Assembly: GCF_006345805.1 (NCBI RefSeq)
Contig: NC_043020.1
Coordinates: forward strand, 2,666,001-2,730,000
From: Octopus sinensis
Taxonomy: Eukaryota
Reading direction: 5' to 3'
DNA: 64,000 bases
The notes beneath the pieces are model-generated. The model made no database searches, was not told the DNA's origin, and worked only from the letters and a program-made list of their open reading frames with translations. The position numbers and the translations under genes are program-made. Shown piece by piece: positions 1 through 13,934 of this stretch; the first letter of the stretch is position 1; every line of letters starts with the position of its first letter.

Positions 1-1476
1 GAAGATGAGATAACTACTCTGAAATGCTTGCATCTCACAGTCTAGATAGGTGGCACTGCAAACTGATATTGGTGTATTAACACCATTTTGTCTACAGCAA
101 GAAATTTTCTCCATGACAAAATACAGTGATTGGCTTGTTTATGAGTCCAAATGTGCCACACACATATTTGAACTGGAAATAGCATTACATTTTCACACCT
201 CACTGCTTAGAGTTCCCACTCCATAGATTTTGTTGTGTCTGGGGAGAGCCATGGCATTATAATTAATACACCACTAGTTCAATTATACTCCATTATTATT
301 TGTCAATTAGTTAAATATCCAACTAATCAATTGTTTGTTCTTTTTTTTTCTTTTACTCTTTTACTTGTTTCAGTCATTTGAATGAGGCCATGCTGGAGCA
401 CTGCCTTTAGTCGAGCAAATCAACGCCAGGACTTATTCTTTGCAAGCCTGGTATTTATTCTATCGGCCTCTTTTGCCGAACTGCTAAGTTACGGGGACAT
501 AAACACACCAGCATCGGTTGTCAAGCGATGTTGGGTGGACAAACACAGACACACAAACATATAGACACACATACAGAGAAGTATTCAGCAATGTGACAAC
601 TTGCAAATATTAAATGATAAGACCTTTTGTTAAAAATATTTTGAACCCATAAATAAATAAAAAATACTACTTCCTTGCTGTGGGGGTTATCTTCAAGTTA
701 CACACCGTAAGTTCATCCCAGCTCCTTATCTCGTTCAAACCATTTGTTTGCCGATTGAAATCTCTCCCTTGTTATGTCAGTACTTGACTTTGGAATCCGA
801 TAAAAATCAGCCACTTTGAACTCCTACTGAGAACCAGACAATCCTTGTGTGGCTGTTCCTGGCAAATAAAGCATTTCTGATAAATAAGGATTTCTGACTG
901 TTTTGCTTGTGTGTAAATATGTATGCATGTGTCTGTGTGCATATATGTATGTGTGTGTGTGTGTGTGTGCATGTATATATGACGGAGTCTCCTGTCGTTA
1001 GACAATCGTATGAAGGTTTGACAATTCCTTGCCGAGCAACCACATGTAGATATAAAGGACAGCTGTGAACACTCAATAATCAGTTCTGGACAAAATCATG
1101 AGTTGTCCTTTGGCTAGGCATGGCACCACCCATCAGCAACCCTTCCAGGATCACAATGAAATCCTGAAGCCCTGAAAAGAGTAGAAATGCCACTAACACT
1201 GGAAAGCATTAGTCAAACTGGTGACCTCATCTGATTGTTGCTTTCCCTATGTTTCGGCTGGGTACACTCCAGCCTGATAGAGGAGTGTGAGTGCCTGATG
1301 ACACTCTCAGTGCTGGGCACCTTGCCTCAGTCTACACTTGATCCAGAACTGCAGCTCAGTCAAACAGACAAGCTGCAGAAATAAGAATAACAATCCTTTC
1401 TACTATGGGTACAAATCCTGAATTTTTGCAGGAGGAAGATAGTCAACTGCATCGACCCCGGCACTAAATATATTTT

Positions 1477-1865
1477 GTGGAGGCGCAATGGCCCAGTGGT
1501 TATGGCAGCGGACTCGCGGTCGTAGGATCGCGGTTTCGATTCCCAGACCGGGCGTTGTGAGTGTTTATTGAGCGAAAACACCTAAAAGCTCCACGAGGCT
1601 CCGGCAGGGATGGTGGTGATCCCTGCTGTACTCTTTCACCACAACTTTCTCTCACTCTTACTTCCTGTTTCTGTTGTACCTGTATTTCAAAGGGCCGGCC
1701 TTGTCACTCTCTGTGTCACGCTGAATATCCCCGAGAACTACATTAAGGGTACATGTGTCTGTGGAGTGCTCAGCCACTTACACGCTAATTTCACGAGCAG
1801 GCTGTTCCGTTGATCGGATCAACCGGAACCCTCGTCGTTCGTAACCGACGGAGTGCTTCCATCCC
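1477..1865 (+). mobile_element. tRNA-derived SINE with 11-bp TSD, nested in an older minus-strand SINE
   Basis: A-box-like TGGCCCAGTGG and B-box-like GGTTTCGATTCC in the head; AAATATATTTT duplicated at 1466-1476 and 1866-1876; the flanks join into a degraded copy of the GCCTTTCATCC/GGGGTCGATAAA SINE family. Confidence 0.85.
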
Positions 1866-2356
1866 AAATATATTTTATCAACCCCAAAAAGATGAAAGAC
1901 AAAGTCAGTCTCAACGAAATTGGAACTCAGAACATGAAGACAGATGAAACACTGCAAAGTATTTTGTCCAGTTAACCGTTCTGCAAGATCTCTTCCTTTA
2001 TAATAATCAAAAGGATTCTGGGCAAATTCCTATGAGACTGCTGCTACCAAAGTATATTGATTCACCTGAGATTGAACTTAGAACCTCTAGGTGATAGTAC
2101 TGCATTAACAAACGCCTTTATCCACTACACTATGCCAATAAGCAGTGACTGGGTGAGTTTTTAAGGCTTATAAAGCTCCATTGATGTTTTATGTGTACAT
2201 CACTACACCTGATTTTCTCCCCTCCATACACACGCAAGCATCTATCTGACTCATACACTGTTCGCTTCCCAGACATTTGTACATTACTGCATATGCTTTA
2301 TACGCACTTTTTGACATGTTGTGGTGCACCTGAGCACTGTATACAATAATTTCATT

Positions 2357-2392
<36 letters not shown>

Positions 2393-2684
2393 AATCCACT
2401 TGCAAATCTTTGGTTGGCCTGGGGCTATACTTATCCAAGGTGCAACCCAGTGTAAGAAATAAGAGGAAACCGTTGTTAGTAGAAGTGAACACTGAAGTTA
2501 TGAACGACAATAGTTGTTAAGATTTTGAATAAAAGGAAGTTTTTTATTGTTAGGAGAACAAAAAAATCTGATTAATGAGGTTAACTGATTAGATAAACAA
2601 GTTTATAGGTTGGCCCGGGAGGGTGACTAGGTTAAGGGTCAAGAACAGAGAAAGGAAACGTATGTGTTTGCATGTGTGTGTGTG

Positions 2685-2718
<34 letters not shown>

Positions 2719-3018
2719 GTGTGTGTGTGTGTGCACATATGCATGCATACGGTGCAGGTTGAAAGTCTGAATACAAAGATCAAATTTAGCATTCTTCAAA
2801 ACATGTTCTGATATAAAGGAGAAATGTAAAACAGTTATCTACCTGAGATTTTCAGGTAACAAAATTAATTTACATTTATGAATTTGTGTTGCAAGATTCT
2901 TGATGTGAAATCGTGTGTTGAAACAGATATTGTTATATTTCAAGATGGTTGTTTTTTGGGGTTTTTTTGCCAAATAAACACACACACTGTATATTCATTC
3001 TTCACTCATTTACTACAG

Positions 3019-3132
3019 ACGCAAATGCATGCGCATATAAGGATGCACATCATAGAAGAACAAGAGGGACTAAATGGAAGAGGAGCACACACGAGGATGG
3101 AAGGTGTTGCTGAAGAGGTCACAGATGTGTGA
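3019..3132 (+). CDS. Probable terminal coding exon of an upstream C2H2 zinc-finger gene
   Basis: Pyrimidine-rich acceptor ending TACTACAG at 3018; reads TQMHAHIRMHIIEEQEGLNGRGAHTRMEGVAEEVTDV*; M-x2-H-x3-H fits the second half of a C2H2 finger; AATAAA at 3177-3182; non-repetitive sequence. Confidence 0.45.
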   Translation, partial: TQMHAHIRMHIIEEQEGLNGRGAHTRMEGVAEEVTDV

Positions 3133-3342
3133 CAAAAGATTTCTGGACAATGGACATGAGTTAAAATAAGAACTGTAATAAATGAGTAAAGAACAGATAT
3201 ATTGAGTGTGGCTTTATTGGGCAAAAAAACCATCATCATCATCATTTAGCGTCCATTCTCCATACTGACATGGGTTGGACGGTTTGACCTGGGCTGGTAA
3301 GCTGAGGGGCTGCACCATATATATATATATATATATATATAT

Positions 3343-3643
3343 CACATGATCATGTGACCGACCAGACCATCAGATGTTGTTACATATCACTGGTCACATT
3401 GTTCGCATTGTTTTAGCCTTCGAATGACGCCATCCCGTTGGTTAAGCGAACAGGCCAACAGAGAAAAGAGTGGGAGAAAGAGTGGTGAAAGAGTACAGCA
3501 GGGATCACCACCCCCTGCCGGAGCGTCGTCGAGCTTTTAGGTGTTTTCGTTCAATAAACACTCACAACGCCCAGTCTGGGAATCGAAACCGCGATCCTAC
3601 GACCGCAAGTCCGCTGCCCTAACCACTGGGCCATTGCACCTCC
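3343..3643 (-). mobile_element. tRNA-derived SINE sharing its head with the 1477 copy but with a different tail
   Basis: About 3480-3643 is the reverse complement of the 1477-1660 head; bounded by (TA)n on both sides. Confidence 0.8.
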
Positions 3644-3656
3644 ATATATATATGGA

Positions 3657-3707
<51 letters not shown>

Positions 3708-4291
3708 TATATACATATGTGTATGTGTGTATGTATGTGTGTCTACCTGTTCCCCCTCCCCCACTGCTTGACAGGTAAGATGAGCAGTATTAGTTTGTTG
3801 CTCTCCCCAAAATTCAGCAGTTTTTGGCAACAGAGACAATAGAATAGGTACCAGACTTTAAAAACCCAGAATTAGAATTAATTTGTTCAGCTAAAACCCT
3901 TCAAGGAGGTGCTCCAACACGGCCACAGTCTAATGACTAAAACAAGTAAATGATAAAAGAATATAATAAATAATAATTGGAGCCTGGTGCAGCCTCCCGG
4001 CTTCCCAGATCCCCGGTCGAACCGTCCAACCCATGCTAACATGGAGAACGGACATTAAACGATGATGATGATGATGATGAGTGTGTCTTGAATGACACAA
4101 CAATGCACTATAATAACAACAACAATGGAATATATATAAGAACTGATGTAATTTCATCATCCAAAGTTTGATACAATATTTCGGAAATATAAAAATTCCT
4201 TCTTCAGATCTCCTTAGGAATTGATCGAGTCACTACACATACGTTCACACACATACACACATGCACACACACACATACAGAACAGATGTGT

Positions 4292-4343
<52 letters not shown>

Positions 4344-4399
4344 AGTAGTGGTGGTGGTGGTGGTGGTGGTGGTGGTGGTGGTGGTGGTGGTAGAAGAAG

Positions 4400-4430
<31 letters not shown>
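4292..4430. repeat. Compound trinucleotide microsatellite (GTA)n(GTG)n(GAA)n
   Basis: Read directly; explains the poly-S/V/E ORF 4261..4473. Confidence 0.95.
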
Positions 4431-4556
4431 CCCTTGTACAGTATTATATAGTTGTTTTTTTTTAAATGAATAGAAATGACTTTTCTGATAAATTTTTCAC
4501 TTTAATAAATTGGTAAATTACCAGAAAAGCCAATTCTACCCAATTTTCCAAACACA

Positions 4557-4593
<37 letters not shown>

Positions 4594-4864
4594 GTGTGAC
4601 CTAGAGTAAAGAAAGAAAGGTAGAGGGTAGCAAATCCACCTGATGACTCAGACTGCCTGTGTTCTTGTGACCACAGCCAGGGCTGTCGCTGTTGATTAAT
4701 CTTTGTACAGTCATTGCCAATAACGGTGGCAGCATAATGAAGGTGTAAGAACGGGGAGTGGAGGGGAATGGAAACGGAAAGATTTCCATCAATTATGGCA
4801 ACTTGAGAGTTTCATAACACTACATACATATACATACATATGTATACATATATATATACAACCT

Positions 4865-5100
4865 TCCTGGGTCATATAGACTCATAGGGCTGATTTTGCA
4901 GTTTCTGTGGCGGATATATTTCCCCACCTGGATGGGACGCCGGTCTGTCGCAGGATTACTCACCTTTGCCAGCTGAGTGGACTGGAGTCAATGTGAAATG
5001 AAGTGTTTTGCTCAAGAATAATGTCAGCCAGCCCAGGAATTGAAACCACAGTCTTATGATCATGAGTTCAATACCCTAACCACTAAGCTACATGCATCCA
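4865..5100 (-). mobile_element. Degraded tRNA-derived SINE with a V-domain-like core
   Basis: The minus strand has TAGCTTAGTGG...GGTTTCAATTCC pol III boxes followed by CCTGCGACAGACCGGCGTCCCATCCAGG, which resembles the V-SINE core from recall. Confidence 0.55.
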
Positions 5101-5471
5101 CTTTTGCATACATACACACACATACACAAACATACATACACACACATATACATACAGAGAAAATGTACATGCATACATACATACACATGCACACATACAT
5201 ATATACATACATACAAATCTAAACATGCATACTGGAGTCATGTAAAATAAAGTGCCTTGTTTAAGGATATATATATATATATATATATAAGGATATATAT
5301 ATATAATACTATATAATTAGGGTTCAGCAAAGATTTGCTTTACCACATACTGAAGTTTAGAAATAGCAGCCAAAGAACGTTAGCTATTTCCTCTACTTTA
5401 AAAAGAGACACCCGGAATAAAACAAAGTACTTGAAAACAATCCACGCAGGCAGAGAGGAAAAATTTGATTA

Positions 5472-5553
5472 CCCACATATGCGTTTCGGAATTAGATTAG
5501 TATAAAGAATGTAGAATTTATACTTTACTCAAACATTTTCTCCATCAGCATGG
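5472..5553 (-). ncRNA. Degenerate type I hammerhead-like motif in a (TA)n-adjacent insert
   Basis: Minus strand: CCCATG-CTGATGG-long stem II (AGTATAAA/TTTATACT)-GAAAC-GC-ATA-TGTGGG; the core deviates from CUGANGA at one position. Confidence 0.45.
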
Positions 5554-6319
5554 GGCTTCACTATATTAAATATCAAAAATATTAAATCGGAAGGCACTGG
5601 AAGAATTGAATATATCTCTCCAACTAACAGTATCAGACAGATCATATTCAACGTCCAGGACCACCGAATTCAAAATATACAAATGCAATGGTGACTATGA
5701 AACCGTGACCAGCAGGAAGAGACACAGTAGGGATTCTGACTGTGTCTGCATCCCAGGATTCATCCAACAACTGTTGAACAGGGCACTAGGCTCAATTCAC
5801 ATAGTTATGTGAAGCTGCTGGAGACTAGGTCAAACCATGGCAGGAGTGGTTTGCTGCTGGAAGGCCATATGTATGACAGCTGGACTCAACTTCTTACCAC
5901 AGCTCCAGAAAGAGTCACAAGTGGTTGCCAGAGAATTTCTATGCCCTGGAATCTCGTCTCACCCATCCTTTTTCCTCTTCCCTGCTGAGAAAGACATGTG
6001 CCTCCTCTACAGTAAGATATCTATTCCTGTCCCTTTATGTCCCTTGGCACAAAGCCACCCCATCTCAATACTACACACCCACTAATTTCATTAGAGCTGA
6101 TATTATGAAAAAAATAATACACCCAGAACTCTGTAAAGTGGTTGGCATTAGAAAGGGCATCCAGCCATAGAAGCCTGACGCCACCCTGTGGCACATTGAA
6201 TCCAGCCAAAGTATGCAATCCATGCCAACATGGAAGGCAGATGCTAAATGATGTTAAAAGATGTTGATAGTGATGGCTGGAGAAACCTTAAAGACAAAGC
6301 TTAAAGTCCCAGTCAAAAT

Positions 6320-6690
6320 GAACTCCCTTACAAATTTGATTCTCGTAATTTCCCCAATTGTAATCCCATGGATTACTACGTGTGGGGTGTAGGTGTGAAT
6401 GGCACCAACCACTCTGCCTGTAACACCAAGGCTCAGCTGATGGCCAAGATCAAAGAAGTTTATGAAGATCTTCTCAAAGACACATTGAAGAATGCACACA
6501 CCTTGTTCCAAAGCCATCTTGAAGTTGTGTTGAAAACTGAGAGTGGCTGCTTTGAGTAAACTGTTATTTCCCAGCCATAATTAGGCAGATTTTCTTAATT
6601 ACTTTTGAAAATACTTTTATTTTGAGATGAAATGTGTTTTTGTTTCCTTTTATGCAAACTGTTAAATTTAGCCCAAACATCATGTATGTA
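6320..6690 (+). mobile_element. Tc1/mariner transposase 3' remnant
   Basis: FPNCNPMDYYVWG...LMAKIKEV...FQSHLEVVLKTESGCFE* resembles the SPDLNP(L/I)DY.VWG motif and C-terminus of Tc1/mariner (DD34-37D) transposases. Confidence 0.7.
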
Positions 6691-6830
6691 TGCATGTATA
6701 TATATGTATATATATGTATGTATGGATGTGTTTATGTACATATGCATGCATACATGCATGTATATGTATATACATACATTTGTATGAATGGACATATGTA
6801 TGCCCATACATATGTATGTATGCATGTATG

Positions 6831-6861
<31 letters not shown>

Positions 6862-6914
6862 GTATGCATACATGGCAGCTTATATATATATATATATATA
6901 CATACACGCATCCA

Positions 6915-7187
6915 TCGCCTGTGCCACTGGACTGGCTCCTGTGCAAGTGGCATGTAAAAAGCACCATTTGGGTGTGGCCGTTGCCAGTACCACCAAACTG
7001 GCCCTCATGCTGGTGGCACATAAAAGCACCCACTACACTCTCGGAGTGGTTGGCGTTAGGAAGGGCATCCAGCTGTAGAAACTCTGCCAGACCAGATTGG
7101 AGTCTGGTTCGCCAGACCTCAGTCAAAATCGTCCAACCCATGCTAGCATGGAAAGCGGATGTTAAGTGATGATGATGATGATGATGA
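6915..7187 (+). mobile_element. Abundant SINE-like repeat ending CCAACCCATGCTAGCATGGAAAGCGGACGTTAAA(TGA)n
   Basis: Further copies at about 3230-3315, 3978-4080, 26318-26425, 29330-29550, 40398-40512, 52657-52870, 60620-60853 and 61405-61660. Confidence 0.85.
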
Positions 7188-7774
7188 CATACAAGCGCAT
7201 ACATAGACATCCACACACACTCACCTTATACCTTGTGAGCTCGTGTGTAATTTTCACCTACCAATTCCTCGTCACCCAACACCAGAATATTAGTCATAAC
7301 AGTTACATACACTACGAGGTTACAGTAGAAGACACTTGCCTCAAGGTACTCCTACTCAGCAGGAACAAACCCAAACCAACATTGATACAAAAGACACCCC
7401 TTAACCACACAGCCATATCAACACCCCTAATCTAACAGATAAGTTCTATTAGAATCCACAAAGCTTAAACCAGCTGGAGGAAATATTTACAGGTATACAA
7501 CAGTCACCTCACCTCGTAAATAAATTTATTAGGTTTACATTTCTTCGTTATGTGAATAGGTAAATCGGCTGAGAAGGAGTTGGCTGTGTTGTGTATTGAG
7601 TGGGTGATGTTTTCTTACGTTTGTGTGTCATTATTTATTCAGCCCCTGCCCGAAGGGGCCCCGTAATCCCCTTTTGTTCAATGGATGTGTTTAACTCCAC
7701 CCAAATAACATACTTATTGAAGGCTGTCGTGTTTAACTCTTTTTATTCAATGTTACAGTAGTTCATCACATGCA

Positions 7775-8140
<366 letters not shown>

Positions 8141-9326
8141 ATCTAAATGTGTGTGTGTATCTGCATGTATGAATATAGTTTTTTAATCTTTTACTTCTTT
8201 CAGCCATTTGACTGTGGCCATGCTGGAGCACCACCTTAAAGGGTTTTTTTAGTCATAGAAATCAAAATGTTTAAAATACATGGAGTTTTACCAGGGAATG
8301 AAACTTCAAAGATATACTGTCAACTTTATTAGTATTATCAGTAGATAATTTTTTAATGTTTGTCTGTGTTTTGTTTCAACCCAGAGTTGCCTCTGATGTA
8401 GCAGACCCATCGCCTAAATTCCTTTTTTCTTTTAGTCTGAAATACTGTAAATCTGTGTTTTAAGAGAGATTTGGCTGCTATTTGTAGTAGCTCAAGAATT
8501 ACCACAGAGACACCTCTGTGTGTGTGTGTGTGTGTGAGAATGTGTTTGTGTGAGAGTATGTGTGTATGTCAGTGTGTGTGTGTGTGTGTGTTTTGTTGTG
8601 GTGAAAAAATTACTTTTTCTCAGAATATTTTGCACAATAATTTTTTCAGAAATCTGGACATCTTTCTTACGACTTAAAATTACAATTGTTAATTGTTGGA
8701 ATTCAAATAGACTGAGATGTGCATCCAATGTTATCCTACAGAGTGGAGGTTCAATACCAAGTTTGGAACTCATTATCTTGTGCTTAGTAACTCATTACCT
8801 TAATTTTGAAGCCATTAAAGTCTTTAAACATCATTTTACTGGGTTTAGTCTTCTGACTGGCGCCATGATGGGGCATCACCTTCAAAAATTTAATCAATGA
8901 TACTGACCTTAGTACATATTTCAATCTGGTATTTATTTTATCGATCTCTGCTGATGAACTGCTAATTTTGAGACATAGCAGACACAGTACTCAATTTAAC
9001 AACAAATGTAAACACACACACACACAGAGGTGCAATAATGAATGTGTGTTGGAGAAGTTTGCTCCCCAACCACATGGTTCTACATTCAGTACCCATGCAT
9101 GGTACCTTGGGCAAGTTCTTTCTACTATAGCCCTAGGCCAACCACAGACTTGTGACTGAATTTGGTAGACAGAAACTGCAGCATTGCTCATCACCAAAAA
9201 AGATGTTTATAAAGAAGAGTGGTTTGCTTCATATTCTTCGTGGGCCGAGTCTGCCCATAAGAAAGGAACAAATAATACAATGTGGCTGTAGGTCATAACA
9301 CCCGGGCAACGCCGGGGTGCATTGCT

Positions 9327-9362
<36 letters not shown>

Positions 9363-9762
9363 GAAAGGACATGGCATGACATCAGTGCAGTTATTGGTTA
9401 TTGATTGTACTTATATCCTTGGTAACCGATGTAGAATTCTAACCAAAGCTTAGAATATGTTGAGTAGTTTAAAGAAGCACAACCATGAGTCATATGACTA
9501 AGAATCGCTCAATACCATTCCTACATGTAACTGATATGTCAGTAGCTTAACTCTTTAGCATTCAGGTTTCTCTGTCAAGCGTAATGCTTATTTAGTCACA
9601 TTGGTTTTAATTAGCCATGCATTATCTTGCAGATCTGAGATTTTCATAATCATCGTCATCATGATCATCATCATCATCATCATCATCGTCATTTGATATC
9701 TGCTTTCCATGCTGGCAGGGGTTGGACACTTTGACCAGAGCTGGCAAGCTGGGAAGCTGCAC

Positions 9763-9978
9763 TGGTGAGTTGGCAGAAACGTTAGCACGCCGGGTGAAAT
9801 GCTTAGCGATATTTCATCTGCCGCTACGTTCTGAGTTCAAATTCCGCCGAGGTCGACTTTGCCTTTCATCATATCTGGGTCGATTAAATAAATACCAGTT
9901 ACGCACTGGGGTCGATATAATTGACTTAATCCGTTTGTCTTCTCTGTGTTTAGCCCCTTGTGGGTAGCAAAGAAATAG
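9763..9978 (+). mobile_element. SINE family with GCCTTTCATCCTTTCGGGGTCGATAAA core (MetaSINE-like)
   Basis: Similar copies at 26801-27027(+), 43062-43285(+), 55095-55288(+), 58524-58752(+), 62375-62596(-) and 62815-62978(+); GAGTTCAAATTCC B-box. Confidence 0.85.
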
Positions 9979-11578
9979 GTTTCTACAGCTGGATGCCCTT
10001 CCTAATGCCAAACCACTTTGCAACATGATGCTGGGGGCTTTTAACGTGAGACATCGCAGGTCGGGTGTGTGAGGCTGTATCTGACTGGTTTGAACATAAA
10101 CCAAGTAGAATATTTAGGCTGGATACGGCCAGGTTCAATGCCAAAGAATTAATGGTAGAACTAATTATCTGCTAGGGCCTTTGTTTAACACAAACATAAA
10201 ACCTGATGACATCAATGTCATCTTTTTTTTCCCCTGGTATTTCTTATTAAAATATACAAGTACAGATACACTCTCAGTCAGGCCCATCAACAGATTTTGG
10301 TACCTGAGGGTGCTGATTGCATTGCAGGTAGATTTTTGTAAAATGCATTTTCTAAAACTGAGGGAGTGCATCATTGAATAGTGAGGGGTCAATGCCATCC
10401 ATTGCCCCTCCTTAGCCACATGTATGGTGGTCAGACTTCAAGAAATATATTTCGGGAAGATTTTTATAAACTGTATTTTCTATATCTGAGGGAGTGCATC
10501 GTTGAATAGTGAGGGAGCAGGGCTGTACCGTGCACCCCCTTAACAAGGGGCATGTTCTCAGCAATGAAATTTTGTTTAGGGATTGCAAACTGGGTCATCT
10601 TGGCTGGTTGACCACCTGATCCTCCATCCTGCTTGAGGGGACCATAGGTTACTCTTTACAACTATAGCAACCCCATCGAAGGTTTCTTTCAAAGGGCTGC
10701 CAAATGATGTCACTAAATACCAAAGACTTTTCAGGGATCTTAATTCAAACAGTCAAACGTTTATGGAAAAGCATAACCCCTCCACCACCCCTGTTGCTCC
10801 GTTCCTCCCACTTTCTTTTTTTTCACTTTTTCTTTTAATTTTTATTTCCTGTTTTATTTTGTATTATTTTTTTCCATTGTTTTTTTGTACAATTGTTATT
10901 TTTTTTATGTTGGCAGTGAAGAGAATTAAATGTTATATGAGGAGTTTGTTCAAATGTCATCTCTCTCTCTCTCTCTCTTTCTTTCTTAGCCTTTCCTTTA
11001 CTCTCTCTCTTTCTTTCTTAGCCTTTCCTTTACTTTCTTTCCCTCTTTCTTCCTTAGCCTTTCCATTACTCTCTCTCTCTCTCTCTCTTTCTTAGCCTTT
11101 CCATTACTCTCTCTCTCTGTTTCTTTCTTAGCCTTTCCTTTACTCTCTCTCCCTCTCTCTCAAACTTACATACACACTTCAGCACATACATACACATATT
11201 TACATGAAACATCTCTCTCTCTCTCCCACCCTTTCGTTCTTAACCTTTCCTTTACTTTCTCTCACACTCCAGCATATACACACACATATTTACATGAAAC
11301 TTCTCTCTCTCTCTCTCACACACACACACAGACAAGCTTACACATACACAAAAATTTTCTCATGTCATCTACAATTTTTTTAATGCCTGCCATAAACCCA
11401 TTCCTTGTTTGTTCACACACACACACACACAGATTTAAACACAATTGGGAATACATACATACAAAACATTTTTTTTATTTTCCATCTCAATTCCTCTCTT
11501 TTTCACACACACACACACATACCCTTTCACATATACACAGACATATGCTGAGGAATAACATGAGTATATATAGATAGA

Positions 11579-11610
<32 letters not shown>

Positions 11611-11756
11611 TAGATAGATAAATAGACAGACAGACAGATAGACAGGCAGACAGACAGACAGACAGACAGACAGATAGACAGACAGACAGACACATACATA
11701 CATACATTCATACATACATACATGGTAAGAAGCTTGCTTCCCGACGACATGCTTCT

Positions 11757-11779
11757 GGTTAGGTTAGGGTTAGGGTTAG
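11757..11779 (+). repeat. Short interstitial (TTAGGG)n tract
   Basis: GGTTAGGTTAGGGTTAGGGTTAG. Confidence 0.7.
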
Positions 11780-12499
11780 TACACTCTAAGTCAAGTTGAA
11801 AGAGGATCTTAGTTATGGTATAAAAGTCCTGGAATATCTAATTTACAGTCAAAGACTTTCAGTGAGGTCATTGGATTAGATAACTTCATAAGTTGAATGC
11901 AAGAGTTACTTCCCTTGTTCCACATAATTTATAAGCATTACACAGGAGTTCAGCTGGTTAAAAAAAACAAGAGCAAAATTTCTTTATGACGACAAAACTC
12001 TTTTAAAAGCAAAAGTTAAGGGCATAATGGATAATGTAGTCCTAAATAAACTGACAATATAAATAAATTTTTTTAAAAAACGCAAAAGAAAAGAAGCAGA
12101 AGACGGCTTGCGGTCAGAAGGCCTTTATCAATGGGTTTGCTCAATCAAGGCTTAACTAAAATTGTTACAACTGCCTTCATCATCGTGGTCGTCGTTCAAT
12201 GTCAATTTTTCCATTCTTGGACGAGTCAAACAGAAAACGTTGAGGAAGAATTTCTGCAGCCGAATGCTCTTCATGTCAACAACCCCAAACTGTTTCCAAG
12301 CAAGGTAATATTTACTCATGACAAGACGTTTTTCGCAGAATATTGGGAATGTTTACAACAATCGTTTGATGTCAAGTTTAGGACACACGCACACACACAT
12401 AAACGATGGGCTTCTTTTAATTTCCATTTACCAAATCCACTCACAAGGTTTCAATCAGCCCAGGGTTATAAGTCACTTGCCCTAAGTGCCCAAGAAAGA

Positions 12500-12893
12500 A
12501 AGCTGGCCAACCTGTTAAGAAGGGTGCAGACACTGTTATTAGTCAGAAAGCACAGCCATTACTGTCATCAACGTCCAAGACGACCAGCCTGCCCTCTGGG
12601 TCTAGGAATACTGCCCTTACTTTCAGATCCAAACTCTTTCAAAAAAGCACCGCAGTACTACCACCACCACCCATTCTCAGCAGACATGGGGAAAAATAAA
12701 TATCAAACTGTCTGCCGAACATGGGCTGGAGGGTCGGCAGGTTGGAGAGTCTGGTTTCGCTGATGGCTATGATACCTACATTTTGTGACCTGATGTCGTT
12801 TAACAGGTTACCTTGTTTCCAAGGCAACCCCAAACCACGCACATTTATACTACCTTTCTTGAGCGTGAATCTGGCGAAAGTTGTTTCAGACAC
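12500..12893 (-). mobile_element. Tx1/L1-clade LINE ORF2 APE endonuclease N-terminal fragment
   Basis: GSINVRGL...IIAISETR...GGGGSTAVLF, continuing after a frame change as LDLKVRAVFLDPEGRLVVLDV; these are typical APE motifs. Confidence 0.8.
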
Positions 12894-13514
12894 AAAGTGA
12901 AAACAAAAAGTCAGAGGGAGAGAAAGAGAGTCAGTTACTGCTGCGAAAGTTGGGGATTTTCTCCCTCAGTTTCCACGAGATTTTTATATAGTTTTTTTGA
13001 CAGATGTTTTTGAAATCTCCCTACTTCATTAGAGTAGAGAGATTTCATTAGTGTATGTGTTTCGTGTAGTGTGTAGCATTTTAATATGTTGTGGTTTTTG
13101 TGAGAGTGACTCACTCACATGAAAGCTGGTGTTGTTAACCAACTGTTGACAAAAATTCAATATAAATACACATAAATAAATACAAGAAATTGTTTAGACT
13201 TACATGGATGAAAACGATAACAGTCAATCAACCAAATAGATAGGTAAGTTTCTTTATTAGCCACACAGGGCCAAACACAGAGGGGACAAGATACAATGCA
13301 GAGCTTTTCTTTTTGAAAAAAAAAGTTTTAAAAAAAGAGAAGAAAATAAAATTTCGATCACAAGGGATCGTGTGTGAAAAAAAAATGCCGATCAAAAGGG
13401 ATCGTGTATCACAGAAATGTCATAAATGTAAAAAAAAAAAACATTAGGTTTATCTGTGGAGAGAAAAGACCACTGTAACCTCGGGTAATTTTTTTATTGT
13501 AACTTTTGTCACTC

Positions 13515-13930
13515 TCTGGCCTAGATATGTTGGTATCAACACTAACTCATCCGTGTGGAGAGTCAGTGTTGAGAACCGTTTGGCCAGATTTTCATTTTGA
13601 AATTGGTCTTGAACTGTACCAAATTTATGCCGCCAGTCTACACATTCCTTGTGTGCCCATACAGAGCAAAGCCATTTCTCAATTTTCTGTTGTGGTGCAT
13701 TTTCGGGTTTTCTTGTTTTTGTATTTATTATTCTATAAATGATTGTTCCTTTTGGGGGTTTGTTCTATGATGTTTTTGGGGTATGAGTAAATGTAAGTTT
13801 GGTCCTTCTTTGCTAAGCAGTACTTTTGTATCGTTAATTTGTTGGGCAGTGAATTTGACAATATTTTTCTTTTGTTTTATAGCTTCAGTGAAATTTCTTT
13901 TGTCCTTGGTGGTGGTCGTGGTGGTAGTGT
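13515..13930 (-). mobile_element. Probable degraded LINE ORF1 fragment (possibly the same Tx1/L1 family as 12500-12893)
   Basis: Interrupted, A-rich minus-strand reading such as KFGTVQDQFQNENLAKRFSTLTLHTDELVLIPTYLGQR; lies upstream of and co-oriented with the APE fragment. Confidence 0.35.
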
Positions 13931-13934
13931 CGGA

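Noticed and set aside
1477-1550. tRNA gene
   Set aside because: Pol III boxes are present but run into a SINE body with TSDs; no convincing cloverleaf.
12131-12763. 210-aa plus-strand ORF
   Set aside because: Chance read-through of SINE fragments and the antisense strand of a LINE APE fragment.
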